The notes: a model not told the origin generated them from the sequence alone. Positions 21,116 to 31,164 are shown, counted from the stretch's first letter. The stretch: 64,000 bases of DNA from an uncultured Geminicoccaceae bacterium (GCA_964460465.1 CAYWSB010000001.1:14577-78576), one strand, 5' to 3'. Made by a program: numbers and translations.

Positions 21116-22204
21116 ATGCCGAAAGAAGACGGAATGCCGTTCGATCCCGATCCCGCCCGCCAACTGCCGGTGACCGTCGTCACCGGGTTCCTGGGTGCCG
21201 GCAAGACGACGCTGCTGCGCCACATCCTGGGCGATCCCGGCTATGCCCGGACTGCCGTGATCATCAACGAGTTCGGCGAGGTGCCGCTCGACCACGAGCT
21301 GGTCGAGACGGCCGAGGAGGACATCGTCGAGGTGGTGGGCGGCTGCCTGTGCTGCACCGTCCGAGGCGATCTCGCCCGTGCCATCCGCCAGCTCGACACC
21401 AGGCGCCGCCGGGCCAGGGTGATGGATTTCGAGCGGGTGATCCTGGAGACGACCGGCCTCGCCGATCCGGCCCCGATCCTGCAGACCCTGATCACCGACC
21501 CGATGATCGCGCATGGCTACCGGCTCGACGGGGTGGTTACCCTGGTCGACGCGGTGAGCGGCCTTGCGACCCTCGACCGGCAGGCGGAGGCGGAGAAGCA
21601 GGTGGCGGTCGCCGACCGGCTCTTGGTCGGCAAGTGCGATCTCGTGGGCGGCAGCGTGCCGGCGGCCCTGGCGGCCCGGCTCCGCGCGCTCAACCCGGTG
21701 GCCGAACTCCTGCCCGTGGCACACGGTGGGGTCGCGCCGGAGCGGCTCTTCGATCTCGGCCCGTGGCGGCAGCGGCACGGCACTGCCGAGATCGAGGCGT
21801 GGCTGGGCGCGGCTGCCCTGAACGATCATTCGCACGAGCATGGACACGGACCCGATCATGTCCACGACTACGCACACGGGCACGATCCGAACCGCCACGA
21901 CGACCAGATCCGGGCCTTTGCGCTCCGCCACCGCCAATCGGTGCCGGCCGCCGGCTTCAGCGCCTTCCTCGAGCTGCTCACCGCCAGCGCCGGCCCCGAC
22001 CTGCTCCGCGTCAAGGGCTTGGTCAAGATCCGGGAGGCACCCGAGCGGCCACTGGTCCTGCACGCCGTCCAGCACGTCGTCCACGAGCCGGTCCTGCTCG
22101 ATGGCTGGCCCTCGGTGGACCGGGACACGCGGCTCGTCTTCATCACCCGCAACATCGAGAAGGCGTCGGTCAGCACCTTGTTCGAGGCCCTCGTCGGCGG
22201 CTGA
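21116..22204 (+). CDS. COG0523 (CobW/ZigA/YeiR-type) metallochaperone GTPase
   Basis: GFLGAGKTTLL P-loop, GCLCCT (CxCC) metal motif, His-rich stretch HSHEHGHGPDHVHDYAHGHDPNRHDD, CobW C-terminal domain. ATG 21134 is an alternative start. Confidence 0.85.
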   Translation: MPKEDGMPFDPDPARQLPVTVVTGFLGAGKTTLLRHILGDPGYARTAVIINEFGEVPLDHELVETAEEDIVEVVGGCLCCTVRGDLARAIRQLDTRRRRARVMDFERVILETTGLADPAPILQTLITDPMIAHGYRLDGVVTLVDAVSGLATLDRQAEAEKQVAVADRLLVGKCDLVGGSVPAALAARLRALNPVAELLPVAHGGVAPERLFDLGPWRQRHGTAEIEAWLGAAALNDHSHEHGHGPDHVHDYAHGHDPNRHDDQIRAFALRHRQSVPAAGFSAFLELLTASAGPDLLRVKGLVKIREAPERPLVLHAVQHVVHEPVLLDGWPSVDRDTRLVFITRNIEKASVSTLFEALVGG

Positions 22205-22299
22205 ATGGCCGCAGCCGTCGTCGGCGGTGGAGCACTAGCGCCGGCGTCGTTTCGCGCTCAACCCCAGTCCGGTTACTCGTTGCCGCGTCGAGGGGACGG

Positions 22300-23285
22300 A
22301 CGGACTGGACGATCGAGCGCCGCTGGCTGGCCCTCGCGCTCATCGTGTTGGCCACGGTATACCCGCTGCCGATGGGAGCGCTCGCCTCGCTCGCCTCGCT
22401 CGCCTCGCTCGCCTCGCTCGACTGGCGACCGCTGGCGTTCGCCCTCCAAGACGGCGCGGCCCTGCTGCGGGGATACGGCCGAGCACGTCATTTTCTGCCT
22501 GCTGGCGGCCTCCCTGGTCGCCGGCGGCATCGGTGTCTTCTTCCCGCAGTCGGTGGTGCGCCGGCATCGGTCTAGTCGTGGCTTTACGTTACGCGGGGCC
22601 GGCGATCGACGTCGCAGCCATCGTCAGCGGCCTGGTCATGCACCTGCTCTTCGGCCGCCACGCCGCGGACGCTGCATTCAAGGCGCTGCCCGACGCCGAT
22701 TTCCGGCCGGCGCGGGCGCTCGGGCTGTTCGCGGCGATGATGGCGGTGCTGGTCCTTGCCAAGCGGGCTGTGGGGGGGGGCGCCGCCGACCGGCCACTCT
22801 GGGCGGCCGAGGCCGCGGTCAAGTGTTGGCCGGCCGGCGGCTTGGTTGCTCTGGTCGCCGCGATGCTCGTCGTCGGCCACGGCTGGCGCCCCGGCCCGCT
22901 CCTGGCCGTTGCCGTCGTGGTCCCGCTGCTGGCGCTGCTGGTAGCGGACGAGCCGCAGGTGGCGTTCTTGGCCGGCCTCGTGCTGGTGGCCATGGGCAAC
23001 GGCGACGACGCCCAGGACTGACTGGCCGAGACCCGGAGCTTCGCCAGGCAGATCCTGCCGCTGCTTCTGGCTGGCGTGTTCCTCGCCGGGCTGCGGATCG
23101 TCCAGGCGTCGAGGGGTACCAGCATGGGCGAGGGGCCGTCCTTGGCGCTCCGGCTCGCCGGCCCGACCCTGGCGGTGGCCAACACGCTCGCCATCCGCAG
23201 GACCATGGGCACGGCGGCCTACGTCGCCCTGGTCGTGGCGATCGCAACGCGCTCGCGGATCGCCTACGGCGGCGTCTTCGGCTGA
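22300..23285 (+). pseudogene. decayed YraQ/ArsP-type (UPF0718) permease
   Basis: Membrane-protein-like segments lie in three frames. One reads RWLALALIVLATVYPLPMGALASL..., the next AEHVIFCLLAASLVAGGIGVFFPQSVV, the third GIGLVVALRYAGP...VAMGNGDDAQD. A TGA follows at 23019, then LAETRSFARQILPLLLAGVFLAG...LAGPTLAVANTLAIRRTMG.... No conserved Cys motif was seen. Confidence 0.4.
22381..22416 (+). repeat. 4 x 9-bp perfect tandem repeat CTCGCCTCG
   Basis: Read directly; encodes (ASL)4 in one frame of the decayed permease. Confidence 0.95.
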
Positions 23286-23299
23286 ATCGGGAAGAATCC

Positions 23300-23539
23300 A
23301 TGCTCGACCTGAAGGTCTATGGCACCGGCTGCGCCACGTGCAATCGCCCCGAGGCCGATACCGACGCGGCGACCAGGTTGCGCGGGCTGGACTACCGGCT
23401 GGACAAGGTCACCGACCCAGATGCCCTTACCTGTCGGGGTGTCCCGATGACTCCGGACCTAGTCGCCGACGGCAGCATCGTGGTATCCGGCAAGGCCCCT
23501 TCGCTCGAGGAGATCGCAGCGCTGCTGCCCAGGGGGTGA
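23300..23539 (+). CDS. thioredoxin-fold 'redox-active disulfide protein 2'-like small protein
   Basis: MLDLKVYGTGCATC (CxxC)...DKVTD...GVPMTPDLVADGSIVVSGKAPSLEEIAALL. Size and layout match the small thioredoxin-like proteins that follow ArsP/YraQ permeases. Confidence 0.75.
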   Translation: MLDLKVYGTGCATCNRPEADTDAATRLRGLDYRLDKVTDPDALTCRGVPMTPDLVADGSIVVSGKAPSLEEIAALLPRG

Positions 23540-23655
23540 GGCCATCGCGGGCCTGTCATCGGTCTGTCACGGCCGCCCGCTAGAGCCGTGCGGGGTGGAC
23601 AGCGCCGTCGGCGAGCTTCATTTTCGTGCGCGCAATCTTCGACGATTGGGGAACT

Positions 23656-24018
23656 ATGGAACTCGCGCATGCCGTGACCGCCTTTGCCGCGCTGGGCCAC
23701 GAGACCCGGCTGCAGATTATCAGGCTCCTGGTTCAGCAGGGGCCGAGCGGGCTGCCGGCAGGGGCGATCGCCGAGCGCCTCGAGGTCGTGGCCTCCACGC
23801 TCTCGTTCCATCTGAAGGATCTGGAGCGGGCCGGCCTTCTGACCTCCTGGCGCCGGCAGCGGCAGATCTTCTACGCCGCCGATTTCGAGGGACTGCGACG
23901 GCTGTTGACCTTCCTCACCGACGACTGCTGCGGCGGCCGGCCCGAGATCTGCGGCGGGCTGCTCCAGGCCGTCGCCGGCTGCGGCGGCACCGGCCCCAAA
24001 GGAGCCAGGCAACGATGA
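23656..24018 (+). CDS. arsR: ArsR/SmtB-family metalloregulator with a C-terminal Cys cluster
   Basis: [14 protein letters not shown]...[16 protein letters not shown] wHTH; [11 protein letters not shown] resembles the C-terminal As(III) site of type-2 ArsR. Confidence 0.85.
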   Translation: MELAHAVTAFAALGHETRLQIIRLLVQQGPSGLPAGAIAERLEVVASTLSFHLKDLERAGLLTSWRRQRQIFYAADFEGLRRLLTFLTDDCCGGRPEICGGLLQAVAGCGGTGPKGARQR

Positions 24019-24542
24019 CGACGCGCAAGTTCAACGTCCTCTTCCTCTGCACCCACAACACTGCCCGCAGCATCATGGCCGAGGCCATCCTGCGCGGCCG
24101 GGCGGGCGACCGGTTCAACGCCGGCTCCGCCGGGGCCGAGCCGGGGGCGGCCGTGCATCCCATGGCGCTGCGGGTGCTCGAGCAGGCCCGGCTGCCGATC
24201 GTGGGTCTGAGGCCCAAGGGCTGGGACCAGTTCACCGGCCCCAACGCGCCGCCCTTCGACTTCGTCTTCACCGTCTGCAACCGGGTCTCCGGCGAGAGCT
24301 GCCCGCCCTGGGAGGGCCAGCCGATCACCGCCGACTGGAGCGTGCCCGATCCCGCCGCCTTCGTCGGCCCGGAGCACGTCCAGATGGCCCGCTTCCAGGA
24401 GGCGTTCCGCTTCCTCGACAACCGGATCAAGATCTTCGTCTCGCTGCCGATCGGCTCGCTCGACCGGCTGAGCCTGCAGCAGCAGGTCGAGGCGATCGGT
24501 CGGGCCGTCCCGGACGCCGACGCGGGGTCCTCGGCCGCATGA
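24015..24542 (+). CDS. arsC: arsenate reductase, LMW-PTPase (thioredoxin-coupled) type
   Basis: [11 protein letters not shown] (CX5R-S P-loop), [11 protein letters not shown] Cys pair; ATGA overlap with arsR. Confidence 0.85.
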   Translation: MTTRKFNVLFLCTHNTARSIMAEAILRGRAGDRFNAGSAGAEPGAAVHPMALRVLEQARLPIVGLRPKGWDQFTGPNAPPFDFVFTVCNRVSGESCPPWEGQPITADWSVPDPAAFVGPEHVQMARFQEAFRFLDNRIKIFVSLPIGSLDRLSLQQQVEAIGRAVPDADAGSSAA

Positions 24543-25561
24543 AGGTCGGGATCAACGGCTTCGGCCGGATCGGCCGGATCGCGACCCGGGTGGCGCTGGG
24601 CGGGGTCGAGGGGAGCTTTCCCGGCCTCGACGTCGTCCATGTCAACGATCCGGGCTGCGATGCCGAGACGGCGGCGCACCTGCTCGAATTCGACAGCGTG
24701 CACGGCCGCTTCCGGGCGGCGCTCGCGGCCGAGGCCGGGGCCTTTGTCGTGAACGGCAGGCGGATAGGGGTCAGTGGCCACAGTCGGCCGGCCGACGTGC
24801 CCTGGCGCGAGCTCGGCGTCGACATCGTGATCGAGAGTTCCGGCCGGTTCACCAGGCAGGCGCTGATCGAGCCGCATCTCGACCAGGGTGCGAAGGCCGT
24901 GGTGGTGGCGGCCCCGGTCAAGGACGGTCCCTTGAACGTCGTCATGGGCATCAACGACCAGCTCTACGATCCGGCGCGACACCCGATCGTCACCGCCGCC
25001 TCGTGCACCACCAATTGCCTCGCCCCGGTGGTGGGTCCGATCCATGCCGCCTTCGGCATCCGCCACGGGGTGATCACGACGGTGCATGACGTCACCAACA
25101 CCCAGGTGATCGTCGACGCGCCCAAGAAGGACCTCCGGCGTGCCCGCTCGGCGCTCGTGTCGTTGATCCCGACGACCACCGGCTCGGCCACCGCCATCGG
25201 GCTGATCTATCCGGAATTGCAGGGCAGGCTGAACGGCCATGCGATAAGGGTGCCGCTGCTAACGGGCTCGCTCACCGACTGTGTCTTCGAGCTGGAGCGG
25301 TCGGTCACCGCGGTCGAGGTCAACGACGTGCTGCGGGCCGCCGCCGAAGGTCCTCTCCGCGGCATTCTCGGCGTCGAGGAGCGGCCCCTGGTCTCGATCG
25401 ACTTTCGCGGCGACACGCGCTCCTCGATCGTCGATGCGCCGTCGACCATGGTGGCCGATGGCACCATGGTGAAGATCTTCGCTTGGTACGACAACGAGAT
25501 GGGCTATTCCTGCCGGCTGGTCGAGCTGGTCGCCAAGGTTGCCCGAGCGCTTCGGGAGTAG
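24539..25561 (+). CDS. gap: glyceraldehyde-3-phosphate dehydrogenase (ars-associated copy)
   Basis: [22 protein letters not shown] active site; ATGA overlap with arsC. Confidence 0.9.
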   Translation: MKVGINGFGRIGRIATRVALGGVEGSFPGLDVVHVNDPGCDAETAAHLLEFDSVHGRFRAALAAEAGAFVVNGRRIGVSGHSRPADVPWRELGVDIVIESSGRFTRQALIEPHLDQGAKAVVVAAPVKDGPLNVVMGINDQLYDPARHPIVTAASCTTNCLAPVVGPIHAAFGIRHGVITTVHDVTNTQVIVDAPKKDLRRARSALVSLIPTTTGSATAIGLIYPELQGRLNGHAIRVPLLTGSLTDCVFELERSVTAVEVNDVLRAAAEGPLRGILGVEERPLVSIDFRGDTRSSIVDAPSTMVADGTMVKIFAWYDNEMGYSCRLVELVAKVARALRE

Positions 25562-25564
25562 CCC

Positions 25565-26842
25565 TTGAACATCCGCGCCTACGGCATCGTCACCGCCGCC
25601 TATTGGGGCCAGACGATCACCGACGGGGCGCTGCACATGCTCGTGCTCCTGCACTTTTACAGTCTGGGCTTCACGCCGTTTCAGATTGCGCTGCTCTTCG
25701 TGCTCTACGAGCTGATGGGTGTCGTGACCAACCTCTGGGGCGGCTGGATCGCCGCGCGGTTCGGGCTCGACACGACACTCTACGCCGGGCTGGGCCTGCA
25801 GATCCTGGCCCTTGTCTTGCTCAGCTTGCTCGACCCCGCCTGGCCCATGTCCTGGTCGGTGGCCTACGCCACGGCCGTGCAGGGGCTCGCCGGCATCGCC
25901 AAGGACCTCACCAAGATGAGCTCCAAATCGGCGATCAAGCTGATCGTCGCCGACGGGGCCAAGGGTACCCTCTTCAAGTGGGTGGCGATCCTGACCGGCT
26001 CGAAGAACGCGATGAAGGGGGCGGGCTTCTTCCTCGGCGGCCTCCTGCTCGCGACCATCGGCTTCGTGCCGGCCTTGCTGATCATGGCGGCAGTGCTCGT
26101 CGTCATCCTGGCGGCCACCCTGCTCAGCCTGCCGCGCGGCATGGGCCGCGCCAAGGCCAAGCCGCCGATGACCTCGCTGCTGGCCAAGTCCCCGGCGATC
26201 AACCGGCTGTCGGTCGCCCGGTTCTTCCTGTTCGGTGCCAGGGACATCTGGTTCGTGGTGGCGGTGCCGATCTTCCTCTACGAGGTGGCCGCCTGGAGCT
26301 TCGTTCAGGTCTCGACCTTCCTGGCGCTCTGGGTGATCGGCTACGGCATGGTCCAGGCGATGGCACCGCGGCTGATCAGGGGGACGACCGAGGGGCTCGA
26401 CGGTGAGGTGCGGGCGGCGCGTCTCTGGGTGCTGGCGCTGGCAGCACTGCCGCTCGTCGTTGCGCTCACCCTGGCCCAGCTGGTGCCATGGCCGCTCCTG
26501 GTCGGACACGGGGTCGCCCCGACGGTGCCCCTGGCCGGTGCCGGCCTTGCAATCGCCATCGGGCTCGGCCTCTTCGGCGCCGTCTTCGCGGTCAACTCGT
26601 CGCTGCACTCGTTCCTGATCCTCGCCTACAGTCGGGCCGAGAACGTCGCGATGGATGTGGGCTTCTACTACATGGCGAACGCCGCCGGGCGGCTCGTCGG
26701 CTGCCTGCTTTCCGGCCTCGTCTACCAGGCGGCCGGGGTGATGGGCGCGCTCCTCGCGGCCTCGGGCTGCCTGGTCGCCGGCTGGCTCGTGAGCCTGGCA
26801 CTGCCCACCGAGGTGCCGCAGCGGGCCTCAGGTATCGTCTGA
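25565..26842 (+). CDS. arsJ: MFS transporter of the ArsJ type (1-arseno-3-phosphoglycerate efflux)
   Basis: 12-TM MFS protein starting 3 nt after an ars-linked gap gene. This gene pair is the established GAPDH-ArsJ arsenate resistance module. TTG start. Confidence 0.7.
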   Translation: MNIRAYGIVTAAYWGQTITDGALHMLVLLHFYSLGFTPFQIALLFVLYELMGVVTNLWGGWIAARFGLDTTLYAGLGLQILALVLLSLLDPAWPMSWSVAYATAVQGLAGIAKDLTKMSSKSAIKLIVADGAKGTLFKWVAILTGSKNAMKGAGFFLGGLLLATIGFVPALLIMAAVLVVILAATLLSLPRGMGRAKAKPPMTSLLAKSPAINRLSVARFFLFGARDIWFVVAVPIFLYEVAAWSFVQVSTFLALWVIGYGMVQAMAPRLIRGTTEGLDGEVRAARLWVLALAALPLVVALTLAQLVPWPLLVGHGVAPTVPLAGAGLAIAIGLGLFGAVFAVNSSLHSFLILAYSRAENVAMDVGFYYMANAAGRLVGCLLSGLVYQAAGVMGALLAASGCLVAGWLVSLALPTEVPQRASGIV

Positions 26843-26935
26843 TACAGCACTGATACACCTGTCAGCTTGTCAAGGTGAGCGCACGTGCCACCTTAGGGAA
26901 GCCACCTTGGAAAACCGCCGGCTGGAGAGACGAGC

Positions 26936-28060
26936 TTGAGCATCGTTCGCCAAGTCATCTTGTCCCTGTTGCTCGTTGCCGCGGCCGGCGGCGGGTTCCT
27001 CTTCTACAACCATTTTACGGCCGAGAGCGCCGCCCCGGCCAATGGCCCGTCGGCGAGCCGGGCGGTGGGCGTGGTGGTGGCGGCGGCCGAGCTCGAGACC
27101 GTGCGCGACCGGGCCGAGGCGGTGGGCACCACGCTTGCCAACCAGGCGATCCAGATCGTGCCGCTGGCTTCCGGGCGGATCGTCGAGCTCGCCTTCGAGC
27201 CCGGCGCGGCGGTCGTTGCCGGCACCGTCCTGGCGCGGCTCGACGACACCATCGAGCGTGCCGACCTCGCCGAGGCACAGGCCATGCAGCAGGAGGCCGT
27301 CTCCGCCCTGGAGCGCGGCCAGCGCCTGCGATCGAGCAACAACATCGCCGCCGCAACCCTGGTCGAGCTGCAGGCGGCGGCCAGTGCCGCCCAGGCGCGG
27401 GTCGACCGGGCCGCACAGCGGCTCGAGGACCGGGTCGTGCGGGCACCCTTCGACGGGGTCGTGGGTATTCGCCGGGTCGACCTGGGGGCCCGGGTCGACA
27501 ACGACACGGTGATCACCACGCTCGACGATCGCCGCGAGATGATCGTCGAGTTCTCGCTGCCCGAGGTCTTCTACGGCCGGGTCGAGCGCGGCCTGGCGGT
27601 CGAGGCCACGAGCACGAGCTTCCCCGACCGCAGCTTCGACGGGGTGATCACCTCGGTCGACACCCGCATCGACGTCGCCAGCCGCTCGTTCAGGGTGCGC
27701 GCGTCCTTGCCCAACCCCGACCTTCTGCTGCCCGCCGGGCTCTTCGTCCTGGTCGACGTGACGCTGGATGCACGCGAGACCGTGGTCGTCCCCGAGGAGG
27801 CGATCGTCACCGAGGCCGGCCGCGCCATCGCCTACGTGGCGGCCGGCGAGCGCGCCGAGCGCCGAGCGGTGCAGCTCGGCACGCGGATGCTGGGCCGCGT
27901 CGAGATCGTGGCCGGGCTGGAGCCGGGCGAACTCGTGGTCACCCGCGGCTTGCAGCGGATGCGCGACGGCCTCGCCATCCGCTACGAGCTGCCCGAGGGC
28001 GGCGACGGCGACCCGGTGGCGGCTCCGGAGGTGGTGCCCCCGGCCGGAGACGTCGGATGA
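26936..28060 (+). CDS. RND efflux periplasmic adaptor (membrane fusion protein)
   Basis: N-terminal TM, coiled-coil region, beta-barrel C-terminus typical of HlyD/AcrA family; ATGA overlap with the RND pump. Confidence 0.85.
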   Translation: MSIVRQVILSLLLVAAAGGGFLFYNHFTAESAAPANGPSASRAVGVVVAAAELETVRDRAEAVGTTLANQAIQIVPLASGRIVELAFEPGAAVVAGTVLARLDDTIERADLAEAQAMQQEAVSALERGQRLRSSNNIAAATLVELQAAASAAQARVDRAAQRLEDRVVRAPFDGVVGIRRVDLGARVDNDTVITTLDDRREMIVEFSLPEVFYGRVERGLAVEATSTSFPDRSFDGVITSVDTRIDVASRSFRVRASLPNPDLLLPAGLFVLVDVTLDARETVVVPEEAIVTEAGRAIAYVAAGERAERRAVQLGTRMLGRVEIVAGLEPGELVVTRGLQRMRDGLAIRYELPEGGDGDPVAAPEVVPPAGDVG

Positions 28061-31000
28061 CGCTCTCCGAGCTGTGCATCAGGCGACCGGTGCTGGCCAC
28101 CGTCGTCAGCCTCCTGATCGTCGTCTTCGGTGTGGCGGCGATCCTGCAGCTGCCGGTGCGCGAGCTGCCTGACGTCGACCGGGCCGTGATCACGGTGACG
28201 ACCACCTACACCGGTGCCGCACCGGAGATCATCGACACCGATGTCACCGAGCTGATCGAGGGTGCCGTCGCCGGCGTCTCCGGGGTGCGCGAGATCAGCT
28301 CGACGAGCCGGCGGGGGCGCAGCCAGACGACCATCACCTTCAATGTTGGACGGGACATCGACCAGGCGGCCAACGATGTGCGCGATGCCGTGTCCCGGGT
28401 GCGCAACAGCCTGCCCGGCGACGCCGACGAGCCGCGGATCGTCAAGAGCGACAGCGACGCCGACCCGGTTCTGCGCATCGGCGTCGTCTCCGACCGCATG
28501 ACGCCGTCGGAGATCACCGACTACATCGAGCGCTTCCTGGTCGACCGGCTGGCGACGCTCGACGGTGTGGCCAATGTCGAGATCAACGGCCAGCGGCGGT
28601 TCGCCATACGCATCTGGCTCGACCGCCGGGCCATGGCGGCACGCAACCTGACGGTCGCCGACATCGAGGGGGCGTTGCGCCGCAACAATCTCGAGCTGCC
28701 GGCGGGCGAAGTCGAATCCCTGACCCGCGAGCTCTCGGTCCGGCTCGACAGCCGCCTGCAGGATGTCGACGGCTTCCGGCGGATCGTCGTCGACACCCGC
28801 GACGGCTACCCGATCCGCCTCGGCGACGTCGCCCGGGTCGAGCTCGGCAGCGAGGACGAATCGACCTTCGTGCGCTCCGACGGCCGCACCTCGGTCGGCA
28901 TCAGCGTGCTGCGCCAGTCGCAGTCCAACATCATCCAGATCTCGAACGCCGTGCGCACCGAGCTCGATGCGCTGCGGCCGACCCTGCCGCCCGGAATGGA
29001 GCTGCTGATCGGGTCGGACGAGGCGATCTTCATTCGCGCCACCATCAAGGAGGTGCTCACGGCCCTCGGCATTGCCGTCGTCCTCGTGGTGCTGGTCATC
29101 TTCGCGTTCCTCTTGTCGCCGCGGGCGACGGTGGTGCCGGCGGTGACCATCCCGGTGGCGGTGATCGGCAGCTTCTCGCTGATCCTGCTCCTCGGCTTCT
29201 CGATCAACGTCCTGACCCTCTTGGCGCTGATCCTCGCCATCGGGCTCGTCGTCGACGACGCCATCGTCATGCTCGAGAACATCCAGCGCCGCATCGACGA
29301 GGGTCTGCCGCCGGTGGCCGCCTCGGTGCTGGGTGCAAAGCAGGTCACCTTCGCGGTCATCGCCACGTCGCTCACCCTGATCGCCGTGTTCGTGCCGCTC
29401 TCCTTCATGGAGGGGGCGGTAGGCCGGCTGTTCGTCGAGTTCGGCCTGGTGCTGGCCGCGACCGTCGTCATCTCGACTTTCGTCGCCCTCACCCTCTGCC
29501 CGGCCCTCTGCTCGCGGCTGCTCCGGCCGCGCGCGTCCGGCCCCGGCGACGCCGGCCGGCTCGGCCGGGCCGTGATGAACGGCTACAGGCGCCTGCTGGC
29601 CGGCGTCCTGGCGGCTCCCCTGCCGGTGATCGTCGTGGCCGTCCTGCTCGCCGGGACGAGCTTCTGGCTCTACCGCATCCTGCCGCAGGAGCTCGCACCG
29701 GCCGAGGACCGCGGCGTCTTCTTCGTGCCGGTGGTGGGCCCGCAGGGTGCCACGGTCGCCTATACCGACGAGCACGTCGCCCTGATCGAGGCGGCGCTGC
29801 GGCCGCTCCTGGAGAGCGGCGAGGCCGAGCGGATCTTCGCCATCGGCGGCATGGGCGGTCGCGGCAATCGCGGCTTCGTCGTCGCCCGGCTCGCCGAGTG
29901 GGGCGAGCGCGAGCGCAGCCAGGGCGAGATCGTCCGCGCGATGGTCCCCGAGATCGGCGGCATCAGCGGTGTGCGCGCCTTCCCGGTGAGCCCGGCCGGG
30001 CTCGGCCTGCGCGGGTCGGGCTCGCCGCTGCGCTTGGTCATCGGCGGCCCCGACTTCGCCAGCGTCAAGGAGTGGGGCGACAACATCCTGGAGCTGGCGC
30101 GCGACAACCCGAACCTCGAGAACCTCGACATCGACTTCGAGGAGAACCAGCCGCAGCTCACCCTCCGGGTCGACCGCGACCGGGCCGACGATCTCGGCAT
30201 CCCGCTCGAGACGATTGCCCAGACGCTGCAGACGCTCCTGGCCTCGCGCGAGGTCACCGAGTTCATCGACCGCGGCCGCGAGTACGCTGTGATCCTCCAG
30301 GCGCAGCGCGAGGACCGGCAGAGCCCGACCGATCTCGCCAACATCTTCGTGCGCAGCGCTGCCGGCGAGCTGGTGCCACTCGGCGCCATCGTCTCGCCCG
30401 AGGAGGGGGCGACGGCACCCGAGCTCATGCGGTTCGACCGGCTACCGGCGGTGACCATCACGGCGTCCCTGGCCGACGGCTACGACCTGGGTACGGCCAT
30501 CCGCTACATGCAGGCACTGGCGGCGGAGGCCCTGCCGCCCGAGGCTCGGGTGGGCTTCGCCGGGCAGAGCCGCGAGTTCCTCGACGCCTCGGGCGGGCTC
30601 TTCCTCACCTTCGCGCTCGCGCTTGTGATCGTCTTCCTCGTGCTCGCCGCCCAGTTCGAGAGCTGGGTCCATCCCCTGATCATCATGCTCTCCGTGCCGC
30701 TGGCCGTCGCGGGTGCGCTGTTCTCGCTCTGGGGCACCGGCGGCGGGCTCAACGTCTACAGCCAGATCGGCATCGTCCTGCTGATCGGCCTGATGGCCAA
30801 GAACGGCATCCTCATCGTCGAGTTCGCCAACCAGCTCCGCGACCAGGGCATGAGCGTGCGCGAGGCGGTCCTGGAGGCGTCGGCGCTGCGGCTGCGGCCG
30901 ATCGCCATGACCGTGGTCTCGACGGTGCTCGGGGCGGTGCCGCTGGTCATCGCGACCGGTGCCGGGGCGGAGAGCCGGATCGCGATCGGGACGGTGATCA

Positions 31001-31164
31001 TCGGCGGGCTGGGCCTCGCCTCGATGCTGACCCTTTTCCTGACGCCGGTGCTCTACGACCTGTTGGCCCGCTTCGCCCGTCCGTCCGGTGCCGTGGGCGA
31101 GCAGCTCGAGCGCGAGCTCGAGGCGATCCGCGGACGCGAAGCGCGGCCGCAGCCGGCCGAGTAG
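28057..31164 (+). CDS. RND multidrug efflux transporter (AcrB/AcrD/AcrF family)
   Basis: MTLSELCIRRPVLATVVSLLIVVFG..., 1035 aa, 12-TM architecture with two large periplasmic loops. Confidence 0.9.
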   Translation: MTLSELCIRRPVLATVVSLLIVVFGVAAILQLPVRELPDVDRAVITVTTTYTGAAPEIIDTDVTELIEGAVAGVSGVREISSTSRRGRSQTTITFNVGRDIDQAANDVRDAVSRVRNSLPGDADEPRIVKSDSDADPVLRIGVVSDRMTPSEITDYIERFLVDRLATLDGVANVEINGQRRFAIRIWLDRRAMAARNLTVADIEGALRRNNLELPAGEVESLTRELSVRLDSRLQDVDGFRRIVVDTRDGYPIRLGDVARVELGSEDESTFVRSDGRTSVGISVLRQSQSNIIQISNAVRTELDALRPTLPPGMELLIGSDEAIFIRATIKEVLTALGIAVVLVVLVIFAFLLSPRATVVPAVTIPVAVIGSFSLILLLGFSINVLTLLALILAIGLVVDDAIVMLENIQRRIDEGLPPVAASVLGAKQVTFAVIATSLTLIAVFVPLSFMEGAVGRLFVEFGLVLAATVVISTFVALTLCPALCSRLLRPRASGPGDAGRLGRAVMNGYRRLLAGVLAAPLPVIVVAVLLAGTSFWLYRILPQELAPAEDRGVFFVPVVGPQGATVAYTDEHVALIEAALRPLLESGEAERIFAIGGMGGRGNRGFVVARLAEWGERERSQGEIVRAMVPEIGGISGVRAFPVSPAGLGLRGSGSPLRLVIGGPDFASVKEWGDNILELARDNPNLENLDIDFEENQPQLTLRVDRDRADDLGIPLETIAQTLQTLLASREVTEFIDRGREYAVILQAQREDRQSPTDLANIFVRSAAGELVPLGAIVSPEEGATAPELMRFDRLPAVTITASLADGYDLGTAIRYMQALAAEALPPEARVGFAGQSREFLDASGGLFLTFALALVIVFLVLAAQFESWVHPLIIMLSVPLAVAGALFSLWGTGGGLNVYSQIGIVLLIGLMAKNGILIVEFANQLRDQGMSVREAVLEASALRLRPIAMTVVSTVLGAVPLVIATGAGAESRIAIGTVIIGGLGLASMLTLFLTPVLYDLLARFARPSGAVGEQLERELEAIRGREARPQPAE

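Noticed and set aside
22381-22416. Tandem repeat considered as a CRISPR or minisatellite array
   Set aside because: The units are only 9 bp with no spacers, and there are no cas genes. It is a simple in-frame microsatellite.
22205-23539. 444-aa ORF spanning the whole ArsP-like region
   Set aside because: Its translation is Arg/Gly/Pro-rich nonsense except for a short AEHVIFCLLAASLVAGGIGVFF segment and the last 79 residues. Only those last 79 residues (23300..23539) are called as a gene.
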